The notes under the pieces: model-generated | The model's database searches: none | Told to the model about the DNA's origin: nothing | Seen by the model: only the letters and a program-made list of their open reading frames with translations | Program-made: the position numbers and the translations under genes | In this document: piece after piece, positions 35,089 through 44,081 of the stretch | Numbering within the stretch: position 1 is the stretch's first letter | Layout: each line of letters starts with the position of its first letter | NCBI GenBank assembly: GCA_011620215.1 | Contig: WOZP01000044.1 | Coordinates: 1 to 62,996, forward strand | Length of the DNA: 62,996 bases | Reading direction: 5' to 3' | DNA from: Rugosibacter sp. | Lineage (GTDB): Bacteria > Pseudomonadota > Gammaproteobacteria > Burkholderiales > Rhodocyclaceae

Positions 35089-35739
35089 ATGATGTCATTG
35101 ATGCGCTTTTTATCCAGCTTGCTGTTTGTCGCCTTTATCGGCAGTACCGCCAGTTGTGCTGACGAACTTCAATCCGGACGTGATTACAGCATCATTGACA
35201 AGCCGCTCGTCACACCAAAAGACAAAATTGAAATAATCGAATTTTTCTCTTATGGCTGCCCTCATTGCAAGGACTTTCATCCGGCACTTGATGCATGGGC
35301 GGCTAAATTGCCCAGTGACGTCACCTTGCGTCGTATACCGGTCAGTTTCAATCGTCCGCCTTGGGCGCGACTGTCGCGTCTGTATTTCGCTCTGGAAGCC
35401 ATGGGCGAGTTGTCGCGCTTGAATGGTGCTGTTTTTAAGGCGTTGCACGAAGATCGTGTCAATTTCAACAGCGACAAAGTTATTATTGAATGGGCGGTTA
35501 GCCATGGCCTGGATGGCAAGAAATTCGAGGATATGCTGAATTCTTTCAGCATTCAAAGCATGGTACCGCGCGCAGATCAAGATGCCGCAGCAGCAGGTAT
35601 CAAAGGGGTTCCCAGCTTAGTGGTTGATGGAAAATACTTGCTAAATAATGACGCAACAACCTCTTTTGGCGGCTTATTGGTCAATGTGGACAAACTTGTT
35701 GCCAAAGTGCGAGCCGAGCGCAAGAGAAAAGCCAAGTGA
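35089..35739 (+). CDS. dsbA: Thiol:disulfide interchange protein DsbA
   Basis: Signal peptide, EFFSYGCPHC, GVP cis-Pro loop. Confidence 0.93.
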   Translation: MMSLMRFLSSLLFVAFIGSTASCADELQSGRDYSIIDKPLVTPKDKIEIIEFFSYGCPHCKDFHPALDAWAAKLPSDVTLRRIPVSFNRPPWARLSRLYFALEAMGELSRLNGAVFKALHEDRVNFNSDKVIIEWAVSHGLDGKKFEDMLNSFSIQSMVPRADQDAAAAGIKGVPSLVVDGKYLLNNDATTSFGGLLVNVDKLVAKVRAERKRKAK

Positions 35740-36233
35740 CGCTGCAGCTCATAGTCTCTCGCCGCTGGCTGTTGGCCGCCATTGGATTGGCGGCTTTCGG
35801 GCTGGTAGCTACAGGCTTGGTCTTGGCACGCACACTTAATCTGGCTGCATGTCCGTTATGCATTCTGCAACGCATGCTTTATCTGGCATTAGCAGTAGAA
35901 GCGGTAGCTGCCTTTTTTCTTGCTCACCGACCTATCGCGGGCCGCTTGACAACAGTGCTTATGAGTCTCACTGCGCTTACGGGCGGCGGCATTGCGGCAT
36001 ATCAAACCTGGCTACAGCGTTTCGCAAAAGACGTCAGTTGCATCGCTGATCAACCATGGTGGGAACGCTTCGTATACTGGGCTGGTGAGCAATGTCCGTG
36101 GCTATTTGAGGCGACAGGACTCTGCTCTGAGGCAGGATGGAAATTTTTAGGCTTATCAATTGCCGAGTGGTCGCTTATTGCATTTGCCACATTCACTATT
36201 GCTACCTTAACCGCCATAAGAAGCAAAAACTGA
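35736..36233 (+). CDS. dsbB: Disulfide bond formation protein DsbB
   Basis: CPLCILQR, second Cys pair, GLSIAEWS; TM helices. Confidence 0.92.
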   Translation: MTLQLIVSRRWLLAAIGLAAFGLVATGLVLARTLNLAACPLCILQRMLYLALAVEAVAAFFLAHRPIAGRLTTVLMSLTALTGGGIAAYQTWLQRFAKDVSCIADQPWWERFVYWAGEQCPWLFEATGLCSEAGWKFLGLSIAEWSLIAFATFTIATLTAIRSKN

Positions 36234-36269
36234 CATTGAGCGGCTAAGGCTCGAAACTGAAATTTGGTG

Positions 36270-37754
36270 CTACGACTTAGCGTCGATCTTCAATTCGCCA
36301 CCCACAGCTAACCACTGCTTTGCCTCTTCCATCAAAGCCGCTGCTGTCAAAGGCAAGAGATCGAGCCCGCCATCGGCTACTCTCAAATGAAAGCCGATTT
36401 TGGTAAACCCAACACCCAACGACGGTAATACCTGATCATCACGTACCCGATGAAGCAGCACCGCAATCCGCAAACAGAAAATCAACGTCCATTCCGGTGC
36501 ATTTTTTTCCAGCACATTCAAACGTTCCAGCTTGCCTCGATGCGCCAGCACAAGGCGCGATAGCCACGCCTGATCACGCCGCGAAAAACCAGGCATGTCA
36601 GCATTCGAAAGAATATAGGCACTATGCTTGTGATAACTCGAATGCGCAACTGAAATGCCCACTTCATGCAGCCTTGCCGCCCACACTAAAAACTGCGCAT
36701 CGGAATTATCGGCTTCGCGCGTTGCGGGCACGAGTTGCTGCAACAAGCTTAAAGCAGTTTTCGCCACTCTTGCTGCCTGACGCCGATCAACTTCATAACG
36801 CTGCATGAAACGATTCACCGTTACCTCACGTGTATCGTGATGATGGTAGCGGCCAAGCTGATCGTACAGCACCCCGAGCCGTAACGCGCCTTCAGAAAAC
36901 ACCATGCGCTCCAGACCAAGCGTATTGAAAATAGCCGACATAATAGCCAAGCCCCCCGGTAGCACGGGGCATCGATCTGCCCGTAACCCTTGCAAACGCA
37001 TACGCGAGGCACTGCCTGCGCGTATCAATTCGGCACACAGGCTATTCAATCCCATCTGGGTGATGCCATAATCCGATAACTTATTCTGTTCCAGCAAATC
37101 CATAATCGCTTTGGCCGTGCCTGATGAGCCAATCGCTTCATCCCATCCCTTTTCACGGTAAGCGTGAACAATACTTTGCAACTCCTGACGAGCAGATAGC
37201 TCTGCTGCGCGAAAGCTGTTTTTATCTACACGTCCATCGGGAAAAAACCGCAAACTATAACTAACACAACCCATATAGAGCGACTCAAGCTCAATGGGTT
37301 CGCCGTTCTGCCCAATAATCAGCTCTGTTGAACCTCCACCAATATCGACTACCAACTGCCTCTGACTAGGGTTAGGCAAAGTATGCGCAACCCCGAGATA
37401 AATAAGCCGCGCTTCTTCTCGACCGGAAATAATCTCAATCGGAAAACCAAGCACTGCTTCGGCCTTTTGCAAAAATACTCTGGCATTTTTTGCCACACGA
37501 AACGTGTTGGTGGCCACAGCACGTACTGCTGTGGCATCAAAATCCCGCAACCGTTCAGCAAAAATAGCCAGAGCCTTAAGGCCTCGCTGCTGTGCCGCGT
37601 TATCCAGCAGCCTGTCCGGGGTCAACCCAGCTGCTAGACGAACCGTCTCTTTTAGCCCATCCAAAGGATAAATCTGGTTATCGACTATGCGTCCAATTTG
37701 CAATCGAAAACTGTTGGACCCAAGATCAACGGCAGCGGTAAATTTGCTTATCAT
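36270..37754 (-). CDS. ppx: Exopolyphosphatase
   Basis: DLGSNSF, GREEARL, DIGGGSTE, ALRLG, LHEVG. Confidence 0.95.
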   Translation of the reverse strand: MISKFTAAVDLGSNSFRLQIGRIVDNQIYPLDGLKETVRLAAGLTPDRLLDNAAQQRGLKALAIFAERLRDFDATAVRAVATNTFRVAKNARVFLQKAEAVLGFPIEIISGREEARLIYLGVAHTLPNPSQRQLVVDIGGGSTELIIGQNGEPIELESLYMGCVSYSLRFFPDGRVDKNSFRAAELSARQELQSIVHAYREKGWDEAIGSSGTAKAIMDLLEQNKLSDYGITQMGLNSLCAELIRAGSASRMRLQGLRADRCPVLPGGLAIMSAIFNTLGLERMVFSEGALRLGVLYDQLGRYHHHDTREVTVNRFMQRYEVDRRQAARVAKTALSLLQQLVPATREADNSDAQFLVWAARLHEVGISVAHSSYHKHSAYILSNADMPGFSRRDQAWLSRLVLAHRGKLERLNVLEKNAPEWTLIFCLRIAVLLHRVRDDQVLPSLGVGFTKIGFHLRVADGGLDLLPLTAAALMEEAKQWLAVGGELKIDAKS

Positions 37755-37807
37755 GGCGCGATTTTAGCAACGATACAGGCAGGAGCACGTGAAAAAAACG
37801 AGAACTG

Positions 37808-37836
37808 TTGTCACACAACAGACACAAAAATGGCAC
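37808..37836 (+). promoter_or_regulatory. Putative PHO box upstream of ppk1
   Basis: TTGTCAC-ACAA-CAGACAC-AAAA-ATGGCAC: three 11-bp-phased repeats resembling CTGTCAY. Confidence 0.5.
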
Positions 37837-37864
37837 ATAATCAAACATCTTTATAAATAGCTGC

Positions 37865-39949
37865 ATGATGAATTTATTACCCCCTACCGAGAGTAATTTC
37901 CTGAATCGCGAACTCTCGCTTCTCGCTTTTAATCGGCGAGTTCTGGCCCAAGCAGCCGATCAGCGTATTCCGTTGCTTGAGCGCTTGCGCTTCCTGTGCA
38001 TTTTTTCTTCAAATCTTGACGAGTTTTTTGAAGTTCGAGTCGCTAGCATACGAGCAAAAATTAAACTGGATAGCCAAGCGACCGAAGCCGATGGCCTGCG
38101 GCCCCAAGAAGTATTTCGCCGTATCACGAGCCAGGCACACGCATTGATTGCGCAGCAATATGCACTGCTGAATGATGAGATTCTTCCCACACTGCAGAAC
38201 GAAGGTATCGCGTTTATTCGACGCAACCAATGGACAGAAGAGCAACGTCAGTGGGTACAGCATTTTTTTCGCAGCGAAGTCATGCCGTTGCTAACACCCA
38301 TCGGACTCGACCCTTCGCACCCCTTTCCTCGTGTGCTAAACAAAAGTCTTAACTTTGCCGTTGAACTCGTCGGCACTGATGCATTTGGCAGAAACTCCGG
38401 GACAGCGATTGTTCAAGCACCACGAGCCCTGCCGCGAGTTATTCGCCTTCCGCCAGATCTTTGTAGCGTAACCGATAGCTTTGTCTTTTTGTCATCCATT
38501 GTGCATCAGCATGTGGGCGAACTTTTTTCAGGCATGGAAGTACTAGGCTGTTATCAATTCCGGGTAACACGCAATTCCGATCTTTTTGTTGATGATGAAG
38601 AAATAAAAAATCTGCGCCTCGCTTTGCAAGGAGAGTTGCCGCAGCGACATTTTGGTGACGCTGTTCGCTTGGAAGTTGCAGACAATTGCTCAGAAAACAT
38701 GACCGACTTTTTGTTACACCAGTTTGAACTGGAACCTAGCGATCTCTATCGCGTTCCGGGTATTGTTAATCTGGTACGACTAATGTCGGTGCCGAACGAG
38801 GTTAACCGACCTGATCTCAAGTACTCTTCTTTTCAACCAGGTATCCCCAAAACACTGGCCAAGCGTGCTGATATCTTCAGCAGTATTCGAAAACAAGATA
38901 TTCTTTTGCATCATCCCTATCAGTCTTTTTCGCCGGTAATCACGCTGCTGCAACAGGCAGCGGATGATCCTCAGGTGGTTGCCATCAAAATGACGGTTTA
39001 TCGGACAGGTACAAATTCCGTACTGATGGAACATCTTTTGCGTGCTGCCCAGAAAGGCAAGGAAGTCACCGTTGTGGTCGAGCTCATGGCGCGGTTTGAT
39101 GAAGAAGCTAACCTGTCTATTGCATCACGACTGGAAGAAGTAGGCGTTCATGTGGTGTATGGCGTTGTTGGCTTTAAGACACACGCCAAAATGCTCATGA
39201 TTTTGCGTCGAGAAGAACAGGGTTATCGCCGCTATATCCATCTGGGCACCGGCAATTATCATCCCGGTACTACACGCATTTATACCGACTTTGGCTTACT
39301 CACCTGTAACCCGGAAATTGGCGAAGATGTTAATGAGGTTTTTAAACAACTCACCGGGTTAGGTAAAGCCAACGCACTAAAGCACTTGTGGCAGGCACCC
39401 TTTTCATTGCACACCAATATGCTCGCCGCCATACATGCGGAAACCGCTGCAGCGCGTGACCAGCAACCAGCACGCATCATCGCCAAGATGAACTCTTTGT
39501 TAGAGCCTAAGATTATCGAAGCGCTGTACGAAGCAAGCCAGGCAGGCGTGACGATCGATTTGATTGTGCGTGGTGTCTGCTCTTTACGCCCGGGGGTCAA
39601 GGGCTTGTCGGAAAATATTCGGGTGCGGTCTATCATCGGCCGCTTTCTGGAGCACCACCGGATTTTTTATTTCCATGCGCAAGGTGCGCAACATATTTAC
39701 CTCTCCAGCGCTGACTGGATGGAGCGTAATTTCTTTCGCCGCATAGAAATCAGCTTTCCGGTATTGGATCCCAAGCTCCGGCGCCGGATATTCAAAGAAG
39801 GATTGCAGCCCTACCTTGCTGACAATACCCAAGCTTGGGAAATGAACAGTCAAGGCGATTACTTAATCAAACCAACCAGGCGTGCCCGCATCTGTGCTCA
39901 AGAGCGTCTGTTAAGCACCCTGCAAGCCCAGCCAATCAATGGAGTGTAA
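37865..39949 (+). CDS. ppk1: Polyphosphate kinase 1
   Basis: NRELS, NLDEFF, LHHPYQSF, ARFDEE, KTHAK, GRFLEH, SSADWM.RN. Confidence 0.97.
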   Translation: MMNLLPPTESNFLNRELSLLAFNRRVLAQAADQRIPLLERLRFLCIFSSNLDEFFEVRVASIRAKIKLDSQATEADGLRPQEVFRRITSQAHALIAQQYALLNDEILPTLQNEGIAFIRRNQWTEEQRQWVQHFFRSEVMPLLTPIGLDPSHPFPRVLNKSLNFAVELVGTDAFGRNSGTAIVQAPRALPRVIRLPPDLCSVTDSFVFLSSIVHQHVGELFSGMEVLGCYQFRVTRNSDLFVDDEEIKNLRLALQGELPQRHFGDAVRLEVADNCSENMTDFLLHQFELEPSDLYRVPGIVNLVRLMSVPNEVNRPDLKYSSFQPGIPKTLAKRADIFSSIRKQDILLHHPYQSFSPVITLLQQAADDPQVVAIKMTVYRTGTNSVLMEHLLRAAQKGKEVTVVVELMARFDEEANLSIASRLEEVGVHVVYGVVGFKTHAKMLMILRREEQGYRRYIHLGTGNYHPGTTRIYTDFGLLTCNPEIGEDVNEVFKQLTGLGKANALKHLWQAPFSLHTNMLAAIHAETAAARDQQPARIIAKMNSLLEPKIIEALYEASQAGVTIDLIVRGVCSLRPGVKGLSENIRVRSIIGRFLEHHRIFYFHAQGAQHIYLSSADWMERNFFRRIEISFPVLDPKLRRRIFKEGLQPYLADNTQAWEMNSQGDYLIKPTRRARICAQERLLSTLQAQPINGV

Positions 39950-40901
39950 CTCGTGACACTGCATTGGCCATTCCTTCAGCCATATCCGCACCAAATCGTT
40001 TAGCAAATTTTTCGGCAATATTAGGCTTCACGGTAAAGTCGTGAATCACTTCAGCTTTGATCACATCACGCGCTACACTTTCTACTGTGCCGTAGCCATC
40101 AGCCAAACCCATCTCGATACTTTTGGCTCCGCTCCACATCAAACCGGAAAAAATTTCTGGTGTTTCTTTCAAACGCTGGCCTCGTCCACGCCGTACAACA
40201 TCAATAAACTGAGCATGAATTTCGCCCAGCATCTTGAGTGCATATTCTTTATGTTGCGGCATCTGAGGCGAGAAAGGATCAAGAAATCCCTTGTTTTCTC
40301 CAGCCGTGAGCAAACGGCGCTCCACGCCCAGCTTGTCCATGATGCCGGTAAATCCAAATCCATCCATCAGTACGCCGATCGAGCCCACGATGCTGGCTTT
40401 ATCAACAAAAATCTTGTCCGCAGCAACGGCGACATAATAGCCACCAGACGCGCATACATCTTCAACCACCACATAAACCGGAATAGTCGGATGCAAGCGC
40501 CGCATCCGATGAATTTCATCGTTCATCATGCCGGCCTGTACAGGGCTACCACCCGGGCTATTGATGCGCAAAATAACGCCTGCCGTATGCTTGTCTTCAT
40601 ACACCTCTTTTAACGCGCTACTCAGGTTTTCCGCACTCGCATCACTGCTATCGATAACGCCAGTCACATTGACTAATGCAGTAATTTTCTGGCCATCGGT
40701 AAAACGTTCGGGTTGTCCCCAATCAATGACAAAAGCAAGAATCAAGGAGAGGTAAGCCAGCCCCAGAAACTTAAAGAAAATACCCCAGCGTCGACTGCGT
40801 TGCTGTTCAGTAATCGCCGCTAAGGCGACATTTTCAAGCGCTTTGCGCTCCCACCGATCATTCTCGGGGGAGGGGGCGGAATCATTATCGATTTGCTGCA
40901 T
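39936..40901 (-). CDS. S49-family signal peptide peptidase (SppA-like)
   Basis: RINSPGGSP, CASGGYY, GSIGV; one N-terminal TM segment. Confidence 0.9.
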   Translation of the reverse strand: MQQIDNDSAPSPENDRWERKALENVALAAITEQQRSRRWGIFFKFLGLAYLSLILAFVIDWGQPERFTDGQKITALVNVTGVIDSSDASAENLSSALKEVYEDKHTAGVILRINSPGGSPVQAGMMNDEIHRMRRLHPTIPVYVVVEDVCASGGYYVAVAADKIFVDKASIVGSIGVLMDGFGFTGIMDKLGVERRLLTAGENKGFLDPFSPQMPQHKEYALKMLGEIHAQFIDVVRRGRGQRLKETPEIFSGLMWSGAKSIEMGLADGYGTVESVARDVIKAEVIHDFTVKPNIAEKFAKRFGADMAEGMANAVSRVTLH

Positions 40902-40929
40902 CCTTAAACTCCCTCAGCTAAAACATTTT

Positions 40930-41388
40930 TCAAGACTCGATACCTTCTTCGCGCAATGCATCCGCCCAACAATTGGGCGTCTCAAACAAGCGTATCCGCT
41001 CCAGACGGATGTGGTTGCCAAACATGCTGTGGTAAATCGGATCAAGTATGGCAAACGCAGTTCGAGCAAGATTTTCAGCCGTTGGCACGGCATCCATCAC
41101 CACCGTTTTATGGTTAGGTAGTGTGGCTAAAAACGCAGCGACGGCATGGTCTTCTCGCCACACCAAAAACGCATGATCCCATGCATCCACTACATGCACT
41201 TTAGCCAGCGTTTTGACATCAGAAAAGTCCATCACCATGCCATTATCAGAGCGTCCAGGTACATTGATCACTTGGCCAACCAAGGTAATCTCAATCGCAT
41301 ATCGATGCCCATGCAGGTGACGACATTGACTTTTGTGGTCAGGAATCCGATGACCTGCATCAAATTCTAAGCGGCGAGTAATTTGCAT
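40930..41388 (-). CDS. queD: 6-carboxy-5,6,7,8-tetrahydropterin synthase
   Basis: FDAGHR, CRHLHGH, GMVMDF, DH, PTAENLA, ETPN. Confidence 0.92.
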   Translation of the reverse strand: MQITRRLEFDAGHRIPDHKSQCRHLHGHRYAIEITLVGQVINVPGRSDNGMVMDFSDVKTLAKVHVVDAWDHAFLVWREDHAVAAFLATLPNHKTVVMDAVPTAENLARTAFAILDPIYHSMFGNHIRLERIRLFETPNCWADALREEGIES

Positions 41389-41450
41389 GGGGGAAGGTAA
41401 CGAAGAAAGTACGCGACATGTGGCAAAGGCTGCATTATAGTGACCCTCGT

Positions 41451-41474
41451 CGCCGTATCGCCAGCGCCGACTTT
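41451..41474 (-). repeat. Dispersed 24-bp motif, copy 7 (between divergent queD and the radical SAM gene)
   Basis: Minus strand AAAGTCGGCGCTGGCGATACGGCG, identical to copy 1. Confidence 0.9.
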
Positions 41475-41486
41475 TTAAATCACGCC

Positions 41487-42338
41487 ATGCATAAAATTTT
41501 ACTCAAGACAGATGATCACGCTCGTGACAGCACAGGTATGCGCTATGTATACCCTGTGCTCTCGCGCCGGGCAGGTGGCATATCCCTAGGCATTAATCTC
41601 AACCCCAACAACGCCTGCAATTGGCGTTGCATCTACTGTCAGGTACCCAACCTAACTCGCGGTGGCCCACCGCCTATTGATCTGGCTTTGCTTGAGCAAG
41701 AACTGACAACATTCCTGGGCTCCATTGCAGACGGAAGCTTGATCATTGATCATGACGCCAAGTCTCATGGCTTACCCGTATTACGGGACATCGCTTTTTC
41801 CGGCAATGGCGAGCCCACCAGTGCAGCAGAATTTCCCTTGGTGGTTTCACTCGTGCGCAACATGTTGCATGCCCATGGGCTGGATCAGCGGGTCATGCTG
41901 CGCCTGATAACCAATGGTAGCCTGCTGGATCGCCGCAGCGTTCAAGCTGGGATAAAAGACATTGGCAACGCATCAGGCGAAGTATGGTTCAAGGTGGATA
42001 GCGCAAGCACCGCTGGACTGGCACTGATCAATGGCATTCACATCAAGATTGAAACTGTCTCGCGACGGCTTGCACGTTGCGCAGCCTTGGCACCCACCTG
42101 GGTACAAACCTGCCTGTTCAGGCTAGATAACACCTTACCTGCGGAAGATGAAGTCACGCGTTATCTTGCTTTACTCGCACCTGTCGCAAAACAACTCAAA
42201 GGCGTTCATCTGTACAGTTTGGCCAGGCCTTCACTACAAAAAGAAGCACCCCGACTGCGACGTCTTGATACCGAGTATCTCGAAAATATCGGACAGAGAA
42301 TTCGACGCCTTGGACTTATTGTCCAAGTCAACGCTTAA
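41487..42338 (+). CDS. Radical SAM protein of unknown function
   Basis: YVYPVLSRRAGG.S.GINL, CNWRCIYC, FSGNGEPT, ITNGS. Start set at MHKIL (ORF track starts at 41418). Confidence 0.88.
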   Translation: MHKILLKTDDHARDSTGMRYVYPVLSRRAGGISLGINLNPNNACNWRCIYCQVPNLTRGGPPPIDLALLEQELTTFLGSIADGSLIIDHDAKSHGLPVLRDIAFSGNGEPTSAAEFPLVVSLVRNMLHAHGLDQRVMLRLITNGSLLDRRSVQAGIKDIGNASGEVWFKVDSASTAGLALINGIHIKIETVSRRLARCAALAPTWVQTCLFRLDNTLPAEDEVTRYLALLAPVAKQLKGVHLYSLARPSLQKEAPRLRRLDTEYLENIGQRIRRLGLIVQVNA

Positions 42339-42409
42339 CCTAGACTGTTAGTCTGAACACTCTGCTTTTGCGCCACACCAGGCAAAACGCTTTGCCTCAG
42401 CGGTCTATC

Positions 42410-42527
42410 CTAGGGAAACGCTGATTAAGTCCTTCGACAGGCTCAGGACGAACGGTAAGCTATTGATTCCGTTCATGGTGAGGTTGTCGAATCATAGATA
42501 AGTACCACTTGTTCAGCGTTTCCCTAG
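42410..42527. mobile_element. Non-autonomous IS5-like MITE (110 bp plus CTAG target duplication) with internal REP-like hairpin
   Basis: CTAG|GGAAACGCTGATTAAG ... CTTGTTCAGCGTTTCC|CTAG; internal inverted repeat TTCGACAGGCTCAGGACGAACGG / CCGTTCATGGTGAGGTTGTCGAA (42433-42491); no ORF. Confidence 0.75.
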
Positions 42528-42832
42528 ACGCCTTTTTTTGCAGCAGCCGCTGCAGCTTTAGCCTCTTTTTTTAGCTCTTTCAAAAAAGCAGGCTTATTGG
42601 CACGCAAATACTCGATAACCTCAAAATCTTCACGTTTAATTTTTTGGATATCAATATTCTCAACATACATCAAGTGTACGAGTTGCTGAACCGGGCGCGG
42701 CATTCGACGTCCATTCTCGTAGCGGGAACCACCGCTCTGGGTAACGCCCAGCCGAGCCCAAAATTGCTGCTGGTTTAAACCCAGTTTCTGGCGGATGGCG
42801 GAAGTATCTATTGATGTGCTTTTTTCTTTCAT
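42524..42832 (-). CDS. Small XRE/Cro-type helix-turn-helix protein
   Basis: IRQKLGLNQQQFWARLGVTQSGGSRYENGR HTH; Ala/Lys-rich tail. Confidence 0.88.
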   Translation of the reverse strand: MKEKSTSIDTSAIRQKLGLNQQQFWARLGVTQSGGSRYENGRRMPRPVQQLVHLMYVENIDIQKIKREDFEVIEYLRANKPAFLKELKKEAKAAAAAAKKGV

Positions 42833-43020
42833 TTTCGAACTCCTTAGAAAAAATGACCAACTGGTTGTTAAAACAACCCTTTAATCTGTATAGCATACAC
42901 CTGAGAATACTCAAACGTGTTACGCCCAAAAAATTTCTCAACAAAGTCTTCAGACAGGTCATGATTAATCACAAGCGGTGCGTCCTTGCTTCCTTGTCTG
43001 GTAGAATGCGACCCCTCGTC

Positions 43021-43108
43021 GGAAGCGTGGCAGAGTGGTCGATTGCACTAGTCTTGAAAACTAGCAAAGGGAAACCTTTCGTGAGTTCGAATCTCACCGC
43101 TTCCGCCA
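43021..43108 (+). tRNA. tRNA-Ser(TGA)
   Basis: GGAAGCG/CGCTTCC acceptor stem, anticodon arm CTAGT-CTTGAAA-ACTAG, long variable arm, GTTCGAA, GCCA end; extended -10 TGgTAGAAT upstream. Confidence 0.97.
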
Positions 43109-43175
43109 GTTTTCATTCGGCTGTCCAGTTTCTGGGTACGTTTGATCGGCGCTCTTGACTTCTCAAGCTACCATA

Positions 43176-44036
43176 ATGAACCCGACAAACCCCTCCCAAA
43201 AAATCGTGACCTTAACCAAAAAGGAACGGCGGGTGATCACACCTGAAATCGGCTTCGCTGAAATCAACGGTACCCGCTTCTACTTTGAGCAAGCAGGATC
43301 AGGTATTCCGCTCATCCTCATCCATGGGCTCGGCTTGAATTTGCATATGTGGGATGATCAATTCACCGCGTTTGCCGCACATTATCGCGTCATTCGTTAT
43401 GATCTTCGTGGATTTGGGCTGTCGCTCCCGGCCACCCCAGCCGCTTTCTCACATGCAGAAGACCTCAAGGGTTTGCTTGACCATTTCAACATTGAACGCG
43501 CTCATGTACTGGGCTTGTCCCTTGGTGGAAGAATTGCGCTCGACTTCTCGCTGATGTATCCAGATTTTCTCGATCGTTTGGTGCTTGTTGATTCGGCACT
43601 GGGCGGTTACCGTTTTTCTGAAGAGTGGCTTGGACTAATGTCGTCCATACTGCAACACGGAAAAAACGGCGACATTGTGGCAGCAAAGCACTTATGGCTG
43701 TCTCATCCGTTGTTCGCACCGATCAGATCGCAAGCGCAAAGCCGACAACGATTTGATCATATTGCCACCAGTGACCCCGGCTGGCATTGGCTGAATCAGG
43801 GATTTGAACAATCACTCAGCCCACCTGCAGCGAAGCGTTTGCAAGACGTTAATGCACCTACTCTAGTCGTTGTTGGCGAACAGGATTTGCCTGATTTTCA
43901 TGTGATTGCCAAACTTTTAAATGAAGCCCTTCCGCATGTCCAAAAAATTGATCTTATGGGTGTGGGTCACATGGCGAACATGGAAGCGCCCGAACAATTC
44001 AATGAGATCGTTTTAAAATTTCTCGAAAGAAAATAA
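43176..44036 (+). CDS. Alpha/beta-fold hydrolase
   Basis: IHGLG, YDLRGFG, GLSLGG nucleophile elbow, GEQD, GH. Start uncertain. Confidence 0.9.
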   Translation: MNPTNPSQKIVTLTKKERRVITPEIGFAEINGTRFYFEQAGSGIPLILIHGLGLNLHMWDDQFTAFAAHYRVIRYDLRGFGLSLPATPAAFSHAEDLKGLLDHFNIERAHVLGLSLGGRIALDFSLMYPDFLDRLVLVDSALGGYRFSEEWLGLMSSILQHGKNGDIVAAKHLWLSHPLFAPIRSQAQSRQRFDHIATSDPGWHWLNQGFEQSLSPPAAKRLQDVNAPTLVVVGEQDLPDFHVIAKLLNEALPHVQKIDLMGVGHMANMEAPEQFNEIVLKFLERK

Positions 44037-44081
44037 TACAGCTTACATTTCCCTACCTATTGGGGTTCCTTCTTCAGGTTT

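Noticed and set aside
38117-38131. CGCCGTATCACGAGC in ppk1 resembles the reverse complement of the motif's right half
   Set aside because: The invariant AAAGTCGGCG arm is absent, so it was not counted. A PWM scan could revisit it.
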